A stretch of 64,000 nucleotides of DNA from Takakia lepidozioides (taxonomy: Eukaryota > Plantae > Bryophyta), in contig CM060733.1 in assembly GCA_030704615.1 (NCBI GenBank), positions 50,344,001 to 50,408,000 of the forward strand. The letters are read 5' to 3'. The position numbers were made by a program, and so were the translations under genes. The notes beneath the pieces were generated by a model. It was not told the origin of the DNA, ran no database searches, and saw nothing but the letters and a program-made list of their open reading frames with translations. Below are positions 61,437 to 64,000 of the stretch, piece by piece; position 1 is the stretch's first letter, and the number at the start of each line of letters is the position of its first letter.

Positions 61437-62794
61437 CTATGCACACTCCACCATTCCCTGCACGCCCTCGTCTCCACAAACCATCGCTCCACACCCCCAC
61501 GCAACGGAGAAGAAGACGAAGCAAACGACGACGACGACGCCTTCACATGGTTAGATGCTCGTCAGATTCCTCCTGCGAAAATTCTCACGTCCGTCTGGAC
61601 GAACAGAGTTACGAATTTTGGATGTGTATGAATGAATGAAACATGCAGGGCAAGTAGCATGTGGCACAAGTACAGTCGGCGGCAGCCGGTGCCTTGACTG
61701 GGTACTACCGGTCCGCGGGGCGCCGCGTCCAGCAACTGCCCACCGGCACTACCGGCGGACGCTTCCGTAACGTGTCTGCCCTGTGCCGCCGGTCGACGCC
61801 ACTTCCAGATTAGAAACTTTCACACCATCCATTATTCTCCTGACCGTCAGTTGGCTCGGGTAGATGCATTTCTGTGGCCGTTAGATGTCTCAGAAGGTAT
61901 AATCTTTGCCGTCGGATGTGTCAGGTAGATACTTCTAGCCGTCAGATGCGTCAGCCGTCCGACATGACAAGTCAGATCTCTCAAATATCCAGAGCAATAA
62001 TTTAACGATAAAATATAGTTATTGCCGGAAACTCTTTCATTAGTCTGGGTACTAAATTGTCAACCAAACAGCCTTATTTAATTCAACTCACAATGGCTCA
62101 AACAACTGGAAAACCCCCAAAATTATTATTTTCTTCCACCAGAGACTGTACCTAGATACCCACCATTGAGGGCCCTACACTGGGCCACAAAAGGTATTGT
62201 CCCAAAATCCAGGATCTTAGTGACCAGGCAACCACTATGATTTATAAAAAAAATTAATATATAAACATATTTATCATAATATCATGAGATTCTGACAGGC
62301 CCAGATCGGCAATTTTGTTTTCCAAAAATAAATTTGCACAGGGGTGAGCTCGGTGCATGGTATAATCCGCCTTAGGCAGCCTGCTCCCTTCCGTTAAGAG
62401 CACGTACCATATATGGTCGGCGTATGTATAAGGGGAGGGCAGCTGATGAGGACCTTCCACAGGTTAAGAACGGTGAGTGCGGACAACCAAGTTTTTTAGC
62501 CTAGTGGTAATAGGCACATAGTGTCCACCTTCCTGCTCCAAGGCAGTAGCCCTTGTGGGTGAAGAGACACCATAACTTACGCTTCCTTGGGGATGCGTCA
62601 TATATTATTATTGGTGAGGCGGTAACCCGGGGTCACGCGCTCGAAAGCGGCGGAAGGCAGAGTCAGCTGCCCTTCATCAGAGTAAAATCGAACCTGTCCC
62701 TTCATGGCCCCTCCAAAAACGTCATCTTGTAAGGCCATATGTGTCTTACACCTATGTCATCTTCCGAATTCTGAAAGGCCATAGGTATCTTACA

Positions 62795-62982
62795 CCTGGC
62801 GTAAAGGATTTTGGGGGCAGATTCTGCCATTTTTGAGGAAAATTAGCAAGCAGAAAATCGACGCTCCAGGGCGCTGGCGCTTTCTGCATTCCTAATCGGC
62901 TGTTTGACTTTAATTGGCTCACTATGGCCTGCAGCCAATCAGGGCCTCGCAGAATCTGCTCCCAAAAGTCCTTTACGCCAGG
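62795..62982. mobile_element. MITE-like element with ~33-bp terminal inverted repeats
   Basis: cctggcgtaaaggattttgggggcagattctgc ... gcagaatctgctcccaaaagtcctttacgccagg. Confidence 0.6.
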
Positions 62983-63067
62983 GAACGTGCCCCCTAGGGC
63001 GCATTACCGGCCTCGCCCTAGTGACTCACTAGGAGCCATAATGCGCCCTAGGGGTCGCGTTCTCTAG
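62983..63067. repeat. 80-bp fold-back hairpin followed by CTAG
   Basis: gaacgtgccccctagggcgcatta ... cctagtgactcactagg ... taatgcgccctaggggtcgcgttc. Confidence 0.7.
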
Positions 63068-64000
63068 TACATAAGGTATGTCCTCCTGTCAGGGTGAACC
63101 GATGTTAACAATGGGAATTTCTAGGCGGTTTTGTTTGCATGCAGAACGGGCAGGCAGAATCGGCCAAGCCTGCGGATTATGCAGGGCTAACTTACCTGCC
63201 CTGCCTCTTGGGTTCACAAGGAGCCTCTAAAATGGCAGAATCAGAGAGGGCTCTCACGTTTCGTCCGCTTGCTCCCGCTCCTAGCTAGCACTGTCTACGC
63301 CTTATGGTTGACCTAGGAGGTTTTAATTGTCTTGCTCCTAATAATTCCAAGTAAAGTTAAACGGGGAAATGTTTTTTTAGCAAACTATATGTCCTGTGGA
63401 GAGAGACGTGCTATCTTGTCTGTGCGTACTCTTCGCCGACCCCACAAATCTTCGCCAGGGGACCCTTTCCATCATCCCAACACATGTGACTTCGCTCTCT
63501 GGAAATTTTTATTCTAAAAAATACTACCGTCCCTGGACAACCGTTTAGGCGATAATTAATTCAAAATGAAAGTGCCTAACCAATTCTGTGAATTTTTTAG
63601 ATTTTGGCCTAATTGTTCGGAAACTATGGGACCAAAATGCCTAATAATGCCCAAATATTCCAGCAAAAAACTTGCAAGGCTCTTCTCATGTTGTTGTAAT
63701 AAGATCAAAATTTCATTGAACAAAAATCAATACAGATATATGCGTGCGGAAATAACTTCTCAATCTATTTGCGAGAGTTCCATGTAACTTCGAAAGGCCC
63801 TTGCATGGACTCTACAATGTCATGATATTAAGGTTTCAAAGGAAATGAAAGGTAAGTAGCTGGAGCCTAGAAGGGCCCGTGGCCATTGGGGGGTCTATTT
63901 CTTAATTTTATTCTCAAGAAAATAAATCTTTTCTCTTCTCATGTGCTTAATTCTAAAAAATTATAGCATGAAGATGCCTAATGTGAGAAATGGTTTTCAA

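Overview
Eukaryotic nuclear DNA from a land plant, probably a non-seed plant (spliced RTF2 and HDHD3-like HAD genes, PLS/E-class PPR genes, a plastid atpF insertion). Bases 1-41.7 kb are a nest of transposons: four Ty3/Gypsy elements (one with a duplicated RNase H, one with a C5 cytosine methyltransferase inside pol, one chromovirus) and two copies of an unusual DNA-element module. The better copy (7.6-16.1 kb) has a spliced gene fusing a ParB/Srx-like domain (DGNHR) to a beta-class amino (N4C/N6A) DNA methyltransferase. That gene lies head-to-head with a probable MULE-type transposase. Between them are about 28 copies of the palindrome CGGAAATGCGGYRCCGCATTTCCG, mostly spaced exactly 53 bp apart (about 5 helical turns). 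The same palindrome also occurs in three introns and beside a Helitron-like hairpin+CTAG end. A much more decayed second module with the same head-to-head layout lies at 21.7-24.4 kb. Bases 41.7-51.4 kb hold a decayed tandem cluster of PPR genes with OSB-type PDF motifs, interrupted by a gag + NIF-phosphatase segment. Bases 51.6-64 kb are ordinary genic DNA plus a NUPT and small inverted-repeat elements. All family calls come from motif recognition by eye; no searches were run.
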